From contig NC_042999.1 of NCBI RefSeq assembly GCF_006345805.1, positions 47,430,001 to 47,494,000 on the forward strand: a stretch of DNA of 64,000 nt. The letters are read 5' to 3'. This DNA is from Octopus sinensis. Its lineage: Eukaryota. How positions within the stretch are numbered: the first letter of the stretch is position 1; every line of letters starts with the position of its first letter. The notes beneath the pieces are model-generated. The model saw only the letters and a list, made by a program, of their open reading frames with translations, had not been told where the DNA came from and searched no databases. Positions 39,332 to 53,160 of the stretch are shown in pieces. The position numbers and the translations under genes are program-made.

Positions 39332-39774
39332 AACAATAATATACTTACATATCGTTTTATAATACATTATTGAATTGGAGCACCGTTTTAAATTTGCTGC
39401 GTCATTAAAAACAGTCACGCACACAAGGTTGGGGATGAGCAGATTTTATGACCCTGGTTCAGTAAGAGTCGCTGAGGATGACTAAGTGACATTTACAAAT
39501 CGTGACGATACGGCTATGTCTGGCTTTTCAATTTACGATTCTCTTCGTTATTAGTACGGTGGCTTAGAATTTTCTGCTCATTCCTCCGATTTCAGTTAAT
39601 GGGTATCATTGAAAATTTGTGGATGCAGTCGTTTTCTGAATGCTAATTTAAAGAGTGCTTATAGCATCCTTACTTATATATATATATATGTAGGTCCCGG
39701 GTTGAATCGGGGTTAACCACAGTAAATAAGGTACTCAATACATAGCAGAGTAAATTAATTTATTTTATAGAAGG

Positions 39775-39825
39775 AGCTTCTACAGGACTAGAACTGTTTC
39801 ATTCAAAAGAAATCATCAGGAAGCT
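39775..39825 (-). ncRNA. Type I hammerhead ribozyme (predicted)
   Basis: Stem I AGCTTC/GAAGCT; CTGATGA; stem II TTC/GAA after a U.U pair; GAAA; stem III CAG/CTG; GTA cleavage triplet. Confidence 0.8.
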
Positions 39826-39872
39826 TTCTGATGATTTCTTTTGAATGAAACAGTTCTAGTCCTGTAGAAGCT
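39822..39872 (+). ncRNA. Type I hammerhead ribozyme (predicted), mirror copy
   Basis: Same fold on plus; stem I AGCTTT/GAAGCT with one G.U; cut after 39866. Confidence 0.8.
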
Positions 39873-39891
39873 CCTTCTATAAAATAAATAA

Positions 39892-39934
<43 letters not shown>

Positions 39935-39948
39935 ATATATATTATATA

Positions 39949-39984
<36 letters not shown>

Positions 39985-40002
39985 TGTATGTATGTATGTA
40001 TG

Positions 40003-40061
<59 letters not shown>

Positions 40062-40134
40062 GTATGCTTACTTGCAGAGGTGCCAAGCACTGCGTGGGAT
40101 TGAATTGGCATGGTTTGTCTATATATAAATATTA

Positions 40135-41336
<1,202 letters not shown>

Positions 41337-41365
41337 ATATATATATATATAATATATACGCTATA

Positions 41366-41803
41366 CAGGCGCAGGAGTGATTTTGTGGTAAGTAGCTTGC
41401 TTACCAACCGCATGGTTCCGGGTTCATTCCCACAGCATGGCAACTTGGGCAAGTGTCTTCTACTATAGCCTCGGGCCGACCAAAGCCTTGTGAGTGGATT
41501 TGGTAGACGGAAACTGAAGGAAGCCCGTCGTATATACGGATATATATATATGTATTTGTGTGTGTGGGTGTGTATGTTTGTTTGTGTGTATGTTTGTGTG
41601 TCTTTGTGTGTCCTCCTACTATCGCCTGACCACCGATGGCGGTGTGTTTACGTCCACGTAACTTAGCAGTTCGGCCAAAGAGACCGATAGAATAATTACT
41701 AGGCTTACAAACAATAAGTCCTAGGGTCGATTTGCTCGACTAAAGGCGGTGCTCCAGCATGGCCGCAGTCAAATGACTGAAACAAGTAAAAGTGTAAGAG
41801 AGT
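41366..41803 (+). mobile_element. Bipartite SINE (same family as 22936-23323)
   Basis: Complete head, CORE-like motif, internal TA/TG microsatellite, 3' GGCGGTGCTCCAGCATGGCCGCAGTCAAATGACTGAAACAAG. Confidence 0.9.
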
Positions 41804-42379
41804 ATATGTGTGTGTATACGCACATAAAATTTTCTAAATTGCTATTCATTAATACAAACGCACAAACACGCACACATACATACACATAAACACTCTACAC
41901 ACTAAATGCACAAATGTATGTATGTACTGGATAAGCGATGCATAAACATTTCTGTACTACGAAGAGTTAGATGACCTTTTCCCATCTATTCACGTGTAAG
42001 TGGACAACATTAATTAACAAAGAATGAACAACTTATACTTCCAAGCTGTGAAAGCAAGATTAGCTGACAAAATTCCACTGCAACTATACTTTATCAGCAG
42101 CAATTTCGTCTCGCAAAATTTACCACTAACGAAACTATCATCTGGGAACCGACACATGCGTGGACTGAACCGAAGGTATTCTTCCAGCCCATAGTCATAA
42201 AATTACATATGTTAAATTGGGTAGTGTGACATATTCGTTATTGTATTCGACACATGTCCATGTAATTAGTCAATTGATTATGAGGATAATTAATACGAAA
42301 TAATTAATGTATATCATTCAATATCACGTTTAATTACTATATTTCTGGGACATTACAAATATCTATTAATTGAAAACTT

Positions 42380-42680
42380 ATAGGTGCAGTTATAGCTGAG
42401 TGGGTAAGAAACATACTTTGAAACGACGTGATTTAAAATGCAGGCAAGCTGCGTGGCACCTTAGAACTGCATCTTTTATTGTACTGCCGGACGTACCAAT
42501 ACCGTGTCAGTGAATTTCGAAAACGCAGACAGTTGAAACTTGTCGTACACACATATATGAGATTTAATACTGTGTATCAGACGTAAAGTTGTGTACTGGG
42601 GTTGAATTTATTCGACTACACCATTCAGTGGAATCTCAGCATGATTGCAGTGTAGTGAATGGAACAAGTGAAAAGTGAAA
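42380..42680 (+). mobile_element. Very old copy of the bipartite SINE
   Basis: CTGCGTGGCACCTTAG, CTGGGGTTGAATTTATTCGACTA and CAGCATGATTGCAG...GGAACAAGTGAAAAG remnants. Confidence 0.45.
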
Positions 42681-44680
42681 TATAAGAGAAGCAAATTCTA
42701 TGCTCATTATTTATTTCATCTAGGATCCCGGAGAAGAAATATAATCCTAAGACAGAAAACAGTATTACCGGTGCTTATATCATAAAATTGAATTAAAGAA
42801 GTACAACGATGAACTCAGTAAAATTTGAACTGTGATCATAAATGCTGCATATGACTGTTACAAAGATACTTTGGGACATGCCTGTAAATAGTGAATAAAT
42901 CGATGCGAACACTGTGAAAAAAAATTAACAAAGAGAAAGGAGGTAATATTTGAAACCCTTATCTTAATAAGCACAATATTGATCGAAAAAAGATAAAAAT
43001 TCTATTAAAGCATGATGGCGTTGAAGTTTAATTAATTGCACAACGTCTATAAGAAATAATAATATGAAAAAATCCTGTCTACTGAACTGTATACGATAAA
43101 CCCATGAACTCAAGAACAGATTCAGAAGGAAAAAAAAGCACAAGCTAGACAGCATTACACACATTAAATATAGCACTACTTGGAATAGCAAACATGCCAT
43201 TTCATAAACGTATATACAACAATTCATAAAGAACAAAATAAGAAACAATACTAGTCGATATTTAACAAATAAATTGTGTTCCAGGAATAAATTTAAAACT
43301 GATTATCTAATTGGCACAAATCTAATCAAACGAAAATTACATCATAATATTCACACCTGGGAAACTATCGTTTAAATATAGCCTATAATATTTGCTGTTA
43401 AAGTAATAATATAATTTACATTAATCTTGTACACGAATGATGTTTAAATAATACCACAGACTTCTGTATTAAATAACTGAGTGTGATAATCTATTCAGTG
43501 GTATACCATAATCTGGGCCATGATGACCAACACAGCAGTCGCCTCCATCTCTTCAGTAAGCAATGTCTGAAAACTTATGTTTTATAGCTCTTACGCATTT
43601 ACCATATTGTTTAGTTCAAAGTCAACTCTAATCGAACAGATCTAACAATTCTATTTTACATCTAATATTTAACTGTTCTTCATAATTTTTTTTTATTAAT
43701 ATAAGGATTGCGATGAAAAATATCTACTAGCTATTTCCAGCCGAATACGAAACTCTGCAAAGACTGTCTAATTATAAAAGCTAGTTCTCACTTAAAAGCT
43801 GTAGCAGCAAAGATCATTGTACTCGAGTTGCCTGTGATCTGAAGTGCTACTTAACATTGAATAAACGAATCCATCTGAAAGCGCCGCTAAATAGAAGAAT
43901 GACATTTGACCATTCTTTCAGAAAGCATCGATGTGATTCATATAATGTAATCGATTCATTCATGGCGTTTGATTGGTCTCATATATCACAGTAAAATCGA
44001 AATAGCCCGACGGATTTGAGATAAAGCACATTGCTTGAATACATGGAAACGGTTTTATATTTCAATATTCACGATATGTCACATAAGTAAACTTGGCTGA
44101 GCTACAGCTAACGGCTCTATGCTTTATCTGAATTTATTAGGCACATGTAGAAGAGTTAGGTAAGATATACTCATTATCAGAAAGAGAAGAAAAAAAGAAA
44201 AGGAATATAATTTCTTTTGAACTTTATATGTTATCCTTAATGTACATACGTTTCGCCGCTACATTCTTCTGTTGAACTCAAGCTGACACACGATAAAACC
44301 AGGGTTAGTCGTCTGTATCTGAGTATACCAATGTTGAAAGGTACGAAACATACTTTAAAGACATGTATTATCAGTGAAGATGTGTCTCGTTATATCACAA
44401 GAGAAAAAAGATTATCCACGTATATTACTTCATTAAAGTTATCTAGGAACGCGTTGTTTTTATGTTCTTTGGAACCTATACGAGAAACTATAATTACATG
44501 TACTAAGGGTTGTAGATAAATAAAAATCTGATACATATCGGTCAAATTTTGCTGAGGTGTAAAGGTACGGGGACGTAAGTAAACCAACATTTGTCAAATG
44601 GTGTGTGGTGTGAGGAAACAAACACACACACACATATATATGTATGTGTGTACATTTATATCTATATATGCATCAATATG

Positions 44681-44714
<34 letters not shown>

Positions 44715-44716
44715 AT

Positions 44717-44819
<103 letters not shown>

Positions 44820-46164
44820 TTGTCAGCATATATTTATGTGTGCATATAACTGCTTGTATATACGGAGAAATTTGCATTCGTTCGTCTCAGTAATGTCTTG
44901 CTCGTTTTCATTTTGTATGGATGTAGACTAGTGTATTCCTGTGCGTGCATACAAGCAACTACTAGCGTTAATTTGGTTGTCCTTATTCATTTCTTGATTT
45001 TGTTCCATGTTCTCATTCATTCCTCTTCTTTGTCATCACCTATGAGCTTTTTATTATTCATGTTTATCTCTCCTAAGGAATTGTAAATCCAGTTTTTGGT
45101 GCACCAGCTTCGCATCATGTACACCACAAAAATATCAACGCGATAACGTCATACCGTAGCCAGTACAATCATTTGAGTATGCTGATTACGAAACGAAACC
45201 AATCCCCAGTCTAACACGCTAATATAAACGGTAAGAAGAGAACGGCATTAATTTTTACTGATTTCAAACACCATAATTCTTTTTTAAATATTTTTGCTTG
45301 CCCGTATTCTTTTTCTTGTTTGGTTCTTTAGAATTCTCCCGTGGCAGACTACTATCAACTTGCTAGTAACATGTATCGCATGAAAAGTACTCTAGGCAGC
45401 TGTGTGAATTTGATCATTTTGCGTAAGATGTACCCGGTGTACATTTGACACAGCTGTGGTATTCGAATCCTGTCTCCATTCCTTTTGTTTACCCACACAA
45501 ACACACACATAAGAACACTCACACACACACGTGGCACACTTCTTATAAGTGCCATGTACGAAATACGCTCACGTGGATTTAGTTGTAGTGACCAGGGCTA
45601 TAGCGGGAAACACATGCCCAAGATGTCACGCAGTGGCACTTATCTCGGAATAATTTAGTCGGGAAGCAATTTTTTTAATGCATACCCACACCTGAGTTAG
45701 TAATTAAACGAAACTTTAAAAAACGAAAGTTTAAGCGAGATTATAACTCGTGGCCTTTTGTATGTAAGGCATACGTTATAATCACTAAAGATGTAGATGA
45801 ATATTATTAGCGCTACGTATGTCTGCTACCGTTTTCTTCTCTAAAGATTACTTAACCAAGCCTACAAAACTTACACGCATATAACATTTCACTCACGCAT
45901 CAAACTGGAAAACTATCGAAATGCAATCTATAGAATACTTAAAACAATGCATTGCATACACACATTTCGTGACGGATACTCCTAAATAGATGTATATGAA
46001 CTTACACGTACAAACCAACTACAAATTAACAAGGATTCAATGTAGCCCCATGCATGTTCTACGTACACAAGCAGGCATGCTCAAATTTACAGACACACAC
46101 AAACACACACACTTCACTCTCTCTGAAAGGTGTGCTATATATCTTAACCATTGGTATTATCAGT

Positions 46165-46173
46165 AACTGAATC

Positions 46174-46224
<51 letters not shown>

Positions 46225-46232
46225 TATTATTA

Positions 46233-46285
<53 letters not shown>

Positions 46286-46431
46286 TTTTAAATACATATT
46301 TTATCTGTGAATTTGCGTGTGTAATCTGGGAATGCATAGAATGACCTTCTCTGCCCTAGGTGTATGGACAACACTCGGCGAGAACCGGAAGAAAATTTGA
46401 AGAAAGAATGAAAAAAACATAATAATAATAA

Positions 46432-46524
<93 letters not shown>

Positions 46525-46537
46525 TAATAATAATAAT
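46165..46537. repeat. (AAT)n/(ATT)n/(AGT)n microsatellites
   Basis: Directly visible. Confidence 0.95.
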
Positions 46538-48470
46538 ACCAGATTTATTTCAAGGGTACAGGTTAAAGAAATTTAGTAGCTTACATAGGAGGTTGAGTGA
46601 ACAACTACAGGATTGCCTTAAAGGATCAATAATTCTAGATTAGATGACTAGAGGCTGAACAATAATTCTTATGAAAGACAAAAGGATGGGTAATACAGCT
46701 AGCATTTATTGACCAATCACTTGCTGAATATGTTAACAGGAATGTTCTCAGAATGCATATACGTGCAACTCGACAGCCAGAATTTGCTGCCGGGAGAACA
46801 GAAATGTTGCAGGAAGAAGGCTAGAGGAATGCATGGGCTATTATCCAAAGAAATATAAGTTCCAAACGAAGTAAAATATAGAAAGAAAAATTTTGCACTA
46901 GCATGAATGGATTTTAAGAAAGCCTATGACATGATTCAACACTCATGGATGTTTGAATATATTCAGTATTGCAGACAACATAAGACAATAAACTAGATTT
47001 AGCATGCAGAAATGGATAGTAGATCACTGCTCAGTTGACAGAGCGTTATGGAGAGTTCATATCGAGAGGAATTTTCCAAGGAGACTCGGTATCCACATTA
47101 ATATTTGCCTTATATTTAATTCCTCTAAGTTTTGTATTCAGGAAGGTAAAGACGGTGTATCGGTTCAGAAAGAGTAAAGGAAAAATTAATAATTTCTTCT
47201 ACATGGATGATCTGAAGCTATTTACTGTGAAAAAAGAAAGAGATAGAGTCTTTAAATGCAAACGCTAAGATTCTTCAACAAAGATAAAGGAATAGAATTT
47301 GTTATATATACGTGTGCGATATTGGTGATGATAAAGGTGACAGGTAGTCATCAGTGAAGACATCCAATTACTAGATGGGCAGACATTAAAATCACTGAAA
47401 GGAGAGAGTTGTTAATATCTAAGAGTATTAGAATCTGATAGAATACTAACTATAAATATGAAAACGAAAATTGAAATGGAGTACATCAGAATGGTGAGGA
47501 AGCTAATGAAGTGAAAGCCAAATGGCTCGAATCTAGTGAAGGCTGTAAATACTCGGCCAGTATCATTACTTAGATCCTCTGCAACATTTGTAGATTGGAA
47601 AAAATCTACATTAGCAAATCTAGACAGAAGTACTTGAAAGGATTTCAATATGAATGGAAGATTTCATCCCAAATTATGCTTACTGAGAAAGTAACGTGGA
47701 AGAGAGTTATTATCAGTAGAAACTTCTTTCAGTAAGCAAGACCAGATATAGCTCCCTCTGTAGGCAAGAGCTGCTCGAGTCACAGTATGACAAAGGAAAA
47801 TCACAAAGCCAAATGCAAATAAAAACCTGAAAAATCAACAAAGATTATCTGACTAGTTAGAGAAGGCATTGTATGGTAGATTCACAAAGACAGTTGCAGG
47901 AAATAGTAATAGTGAGACATCGTTACGTTTGAAGAAACGCTGAAAAGCGAGACAGGATGTTTGTTCGTAGCAGCACAAGATCAAGTGTTTAAGAACTAAA
48001 TGGATAGCAGCCACTACATACAAAACCAAGTAGATACCCAAGGTAGGTTATGTAACTGCAAAGAGGAAAGTGTTAATCATATAGTAAGTGAAAGTAGCAT
48101 GCTGGTACAGAAAGAATACAAGAAAAATATGACAACCCAGACAGAGTAATCCATTAGGGGTTATGTAGAAAGCTAGGATTTGATCATACTGATAAATGGT
48201 ATGAACATGAACCTAGCAAACAACTAGAAAGTAAAAAAATATAATATATTGAGGAATTTAACAATCAGATAGACAAAGTAATGGAAGCTAAAAGCCTTAT
48301 TTAGTAGTAGTAGACAAAGAGAATAGAAAGTGCCAGATAATTGAATTTACAGTCCCAAATGACAAGGAAGGCAATGATAGGCATAGAGAAAATAGTAAAG
48401 TACCAGGACTTTCCCATTGAGTTACAGAGACTTTGGAAAGTCCGGATAAAATAGGAATTTTCTTTTCGAA
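46538..48470 (+). mobile_element. Degenerate R4/Dong-clade non-LTR retrotransposon (RT, CCHC, RLE)
   Basis: LLPGEQKCCRK, DFKKAYDMIQHSW, RGIFQGDSVSTLIF and YMDDLKLF (RT); RLCNCKEESVNHIVSE (CCHC-like); LVVVDKENRKCQIIEFTVPND (RLE); many stops and frameshifts; (TAA)n on both sides. Confidence 0.85.
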
Positions 48471-48547
48471 CAATTTAATATGTTGTGCGCATATGACATA
48501 ATAGTAGTGATGATGATGATGATGATGATGATGATAATAATAATAAT

Positions 48548-48627
<80 letters not shown>

Positions 48628-48732
48628 AAAGAATGGTAACAAACCTTCATATATATATGAACGCTCATGCACTTCCGGATGTACAGAAATACATATCCAT
48701 AGGGGTACCGCTCTAAGACACTTGTAGTATAT

Positions 48733-48950
48733 TGGTTTCAAACTTTGGCATAGGTCCAGATATCTCGGGCAAGTCGGTAAGTCGATTACATTAACCGCAG
48801 TGTTGAACATGTACTTATTTCACCTATCCTGGAAGGATGAAAACGACAGTCGACCCACGCAGCATTGAAACTTCGAACGTAAAAACGGACAAAATGCCGC
48901 CGCAAAGCATTTAACCCGAGTATTAACAATTCTGAATACTCGGCGCTTTG
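48733..48950 (-). mobile_element. Old Nin/Deu-like SINE
   Basis: AAGTCGATTACATT...GGAAGGATGAAA...AGTCGACC...AAGCATTT remnants. Confidence 0.65.
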
Positions 48951-50948
48951 TACATATAGTTTATTGCTTTTCTTTATTTTAAATCAAAACTGATTGAATG
49001 GAATTCCCCCCTTCATTACACCTGAATTTACTACTTATGTATAAAAGTGAGTAATTTTTCCTTTCACCTTACTTTACATTCTAAATGTCAAGAAATAGAA
49101 TGCCGTTCATCACAATTCCATAGACCATCAAAACTAGTTAATTCCTCTCCGATTTGGGATGAGCTAAACAAGCGAATTAATGTGAAGTTAAGTGTGAGTC
49201 TGGTCATTCACAAGAAAGTTTGCAACTACAAACACATTTTGGCCTTATGACACCATCTGCAAAAAGCTGGGGAGAGTATTCACATTAACGTTCTCAGTAA
49301 GTATTATTGAAATGGTGTTACGAGGCCGAAATAAGTTTGGAGCTGTAAAATGGTGAGACTTAACTACATACATCCATTCATCTTTTAATTAATCTGCATA
49401 TCAGATACTAGCTGTGTCTTTTTTTGACAAGAATTATTTATTAAATGTGATCAAGTTTCTCTTAGATATGTAATACTAGTTAAAGGATTTTCTGTTTTGT
49501 TAATTAACTTACAGATGTTACACCCCTCTTGAAAATAGCTTATTCACGCAGAAAATATTTTGTAGGTATCCCATATAAATTTCATCTATTCACTAAGAAA
49601 TGGTGTGTTTGAATAAAATTCAGAAATCATGCTATTTATTTTTAGTGATTTGTCTCTTTCGTAGTGGTCATCCCTTTCTATATCTCGTTTTTGCATGACG
49701 TCATATTCTCTGTTGAGAGACCGAGTATTCCTTGGAAGGAAGTCTTAATGTAAATTACCTTGTATAACTAACATTTACAATCTGATCAATAAAATGCCCA
49801 TGAAATATCGCAATGACATGCTTGGGATTGAGTGTTTAATCATACGGTGAATCCAATGAAGACAATTTGTAACTTTGTGTTTTGCAACGGGCAGAATAGT
49901 AAAAGTAACGTATAATTCGTGATTTCTGTCGAAGACGTATTCAAGGCCATACCTCTGTAAGCTCTTTCAGGTAATATATCTTTCCTATGATCCTTTTCTT
50001 GTCCAGCAACGCGTATTTAATATTGATTGTCATTTATTATTTATTTAGGCAATCAATTCGTGTATAAGTGGCTCACCTGAGATGAAATGAATCTGCAAGC
50101 GAGCCCTATCCGCATGTTCTTCAATAATACCTTTGAATTCTCCTTTTCGCGGGTATTCAAAAGAAATCGCTTTTATGAGAGGACCATTTAGATTCTTGCT
50201 TTCATATTCTGGTAGATTATTGTTTACGAAGTTTTATGACTTGATCTCTCAGGATTTATGACTATATAATAATGGTGATGCCCAAAAGTATGTGTGCTTG
50301 TACGCCTATCAAGTTTTCGTTTTCTTATTTTACAGGGTTCTTTTTGTTGTATCATCATTCTTCCTGATATTCTGGTTCCGTGTATCATAGACGTTACATA
50401 AGACTAATTTTCATAACTGTTAAGATGTTTGTTATTTTAGGATTCGTTTTCATTGTGTCAACACATACAATCCGTTCCCCTTCTCATTCCATCATAATGT
50501 GTTCACATCAATAAGAACCATAAAACCGAAGTAACAATAACAACGCATCGACATCAACAACGAAAATTTATGATCATAAATAATAATGATAATCTTAATT
50601 ACCATGTTCTGACTATAATGATTTCAAATAATAAATGGCTGCAACAAAAAACAATACATTCGAAGACAAAGAAAACAGCCACTTATTGTAAACAATGAAG
50701 TATTTACAACACTGTCTCTTGCTTCATAAGAGTAAAGAGACAACACAGGATGAACACACACCGACAAACATGTAATATGATGATGCACAAATACACACAC
50801 ACATTTCGCAGAAACCTCCACACACAAACGCACACACGCACTCATACACTTACACTCACTCTCACAAACATATGTGTGCATACGTCTATTAAGGGGATGA
50901 TGCTAGGCAGTGCAAGCCGCCCTGTTATACATATATATATATATGTAA

Positions 50949-51023
<75 letters not shown>

Positions 51024-51051
51024 CATATATATTATATATATATACCAGTAG

Positions 51052-51179
<128 letters not shown>

Positions 51180-51248
51180 TACATATATATACATATATAT
51201 ATACATATATATATGTATGTACATATATATATATATTATATATATATA

Positions 51249-51301
<53 letters not shown>

Positions 51302-51801
51302 CACATATATATATATATATATATATACATGTATATATATAATAAAATATTAAATATTCTCACACACATATACATTCTACATATATCGCATATATGTGTG
51401 CATATATACATTCATGTACACACCTATTGAGATCTTCCCATTCACACACACAGAAAGAGACAGACAGACAGAGACTGAAGAGAGAGCAAAGAAAATATCA
51501 TAATTAAAATCTCAGCCATCTTTTAAACCATTGGGAAATAAACAACAACTTTTGGTTGAAATTGATAAGAAAAATAGTCTTTAGAATATCTAAAATCTAT
51601 AGAATAAGCGATTTCGAGAAAAAATTGTATGGATATACGTGGGTAATCTTCATATCTTCTAGCATTATTCAAATTCATCACTACAAGACGAAAAGTCACA
51701 AAACACGTTTGTTTCACTTGAATTTAAAGGAACATCAACTTCACTGTAATTCTTGTATTAATGTATTTATGTTGGTATATATGTATGCATGTGTTTCACG
51801 A

Positions 51802-52472
51802 AAATAGTCAGTGGTGTTCCGCAAGGCACTGTTTTGGGATCACTATTGTTCATAGTAGTTCATAATGACCCTTGCAGACCTGCCCTCAACCACACTGAGA
51901 GCCACGATCACAAGTTATGCCGATGATACAAAAGTCTCACAGGTAATACAGAACCCTGAAGTCTCTATGCACCTGCAATGTGAGCTGGACGAAATATACA
52001 AGTGGGATGAAAAGAATAGCCTGCAGTTTAATGCTGAAAAGTCACAAGCCTTGTGCTATCAGCATGCAAAACTAAATGCAATACCCATTAAATACATTGG
52101 ACCTGGGGAGATTGTAATTATGCATCATTACATGAGTAATGATGCATAATTGCATGTACATGCTGCTAAATGGCAATGAAATTCAGGCGGCTGACCGGAT
52201 GGATTCTTAGAACATTTAGACCAAGGAATCAGGAAACTATGACGGTCCTCTGGAGGACACTTGTCCTAAGTCACTTTGACTATTGCTCTCAGTTAAGGTC
52301 ACCAACCAGCGTCAAATTAATCTCAGAACTTGAGGCAATCCAACGAAGCTAAACGGATAAGATAGCCTCTATGCAGCATATAAGCTATTAGGAAAGACTC
52401 AAGAGATTAGGAATCTATTCCTTAGAGCTTAGACGAGAAAGGTATGCCATAACATACATCTGGAAAATCCTA
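51802..52472 (+). mobile_element. Older, doubly truncated CR1/L2-group LINE, copy 3
   Basis: SGVPQGTV, ITSYADDTKVSQ and LSHFDYCSQL collinear with copies 1 and 2; multiple stops; no 3' tail. Confidence 0.9.
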
Positions 52473-52631
52473 GTAAGTTTGGAAACGAAATGTATTTTAA
52501 TAAACACCTACTTTACAATTATCTAAAGTGTGCATACATTTTTGGGAGACAACTTGTATGTATATATATATATATATACATATACGTACATACATACATA
52601 CAAACATGCATACTCACACACATACATGCAT

Positions 52632-53160
52632 CAAGGGTGCGGTAAATAAATTGTCGTCTAAATTACGCAGAAAGGAAAATAATACTGACATCTCATTTTA
52701 ACAGATATATTTACCAAAATTGCATAAAAATATTCTTGAAATGCTAAAGAGTAAATTTATTCAATGCTATCGCCATTGGCTTCAACCACGGCCTTGAGAA
52801 GACTTCAGAATCCCCTGCAAATCTTCTAGACGCTCTGTGTTTCAGTTGGTGAATGCTGCCATAATCCTTGCCCTCAGTTCATCTTTGGTGTTACAAGCAG
52901 GTTTGTTGGTATCTCCCTGAACTGTGCGTCATACATAATAATCAAGGTATTTGCAGTCTTGGAAGTTAGGTGGCCAGATGTTAGGGGTGATGTGGTTGCA
53001 GAAATTGTGTGACAGCCATGATTGGGTTCTCCTGCTTGTATGGTATGCTTCAGAGTCCTGTTGCAAGACGTAGACTCTCCCAGCAGCTACCTTTGCACTT
53101 GTAGCACTACTACCTGTAGGAAGTAGTGCTACCGGTGCAGCACTACCTCCTACAAGCTTT
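52632..53160 (-). mobile_element. DD37D (maT-type) transposon, 3' remnant
   Basis: Reverse complement of the 34600-35049 family: QQDSEAYHTSRRTQSWLSHNFCNHITPNIWPP; TIR-like CAAGGGTGCGGTAAATAAA. Confidence 0.85.

Larger units (their letters stand above)
39690..39889. mobile_element. pLTR-like element in (TA)n containing a 132-bp palindrome (39758-39889)
   Basis: Arms are reverse-complementary about AAGCTT (39821-39826), with a single mismatch; (TA)n on both sides. Confidence 0.9.

Noticed and set aside
50080-50245. Minus-strand open stretch LPEYESKNLNG...IHFISG ending in a GTGAGC donor-like site
   Set aside because: No acceptor with a pyrimidine tract and no recognisable protein family.
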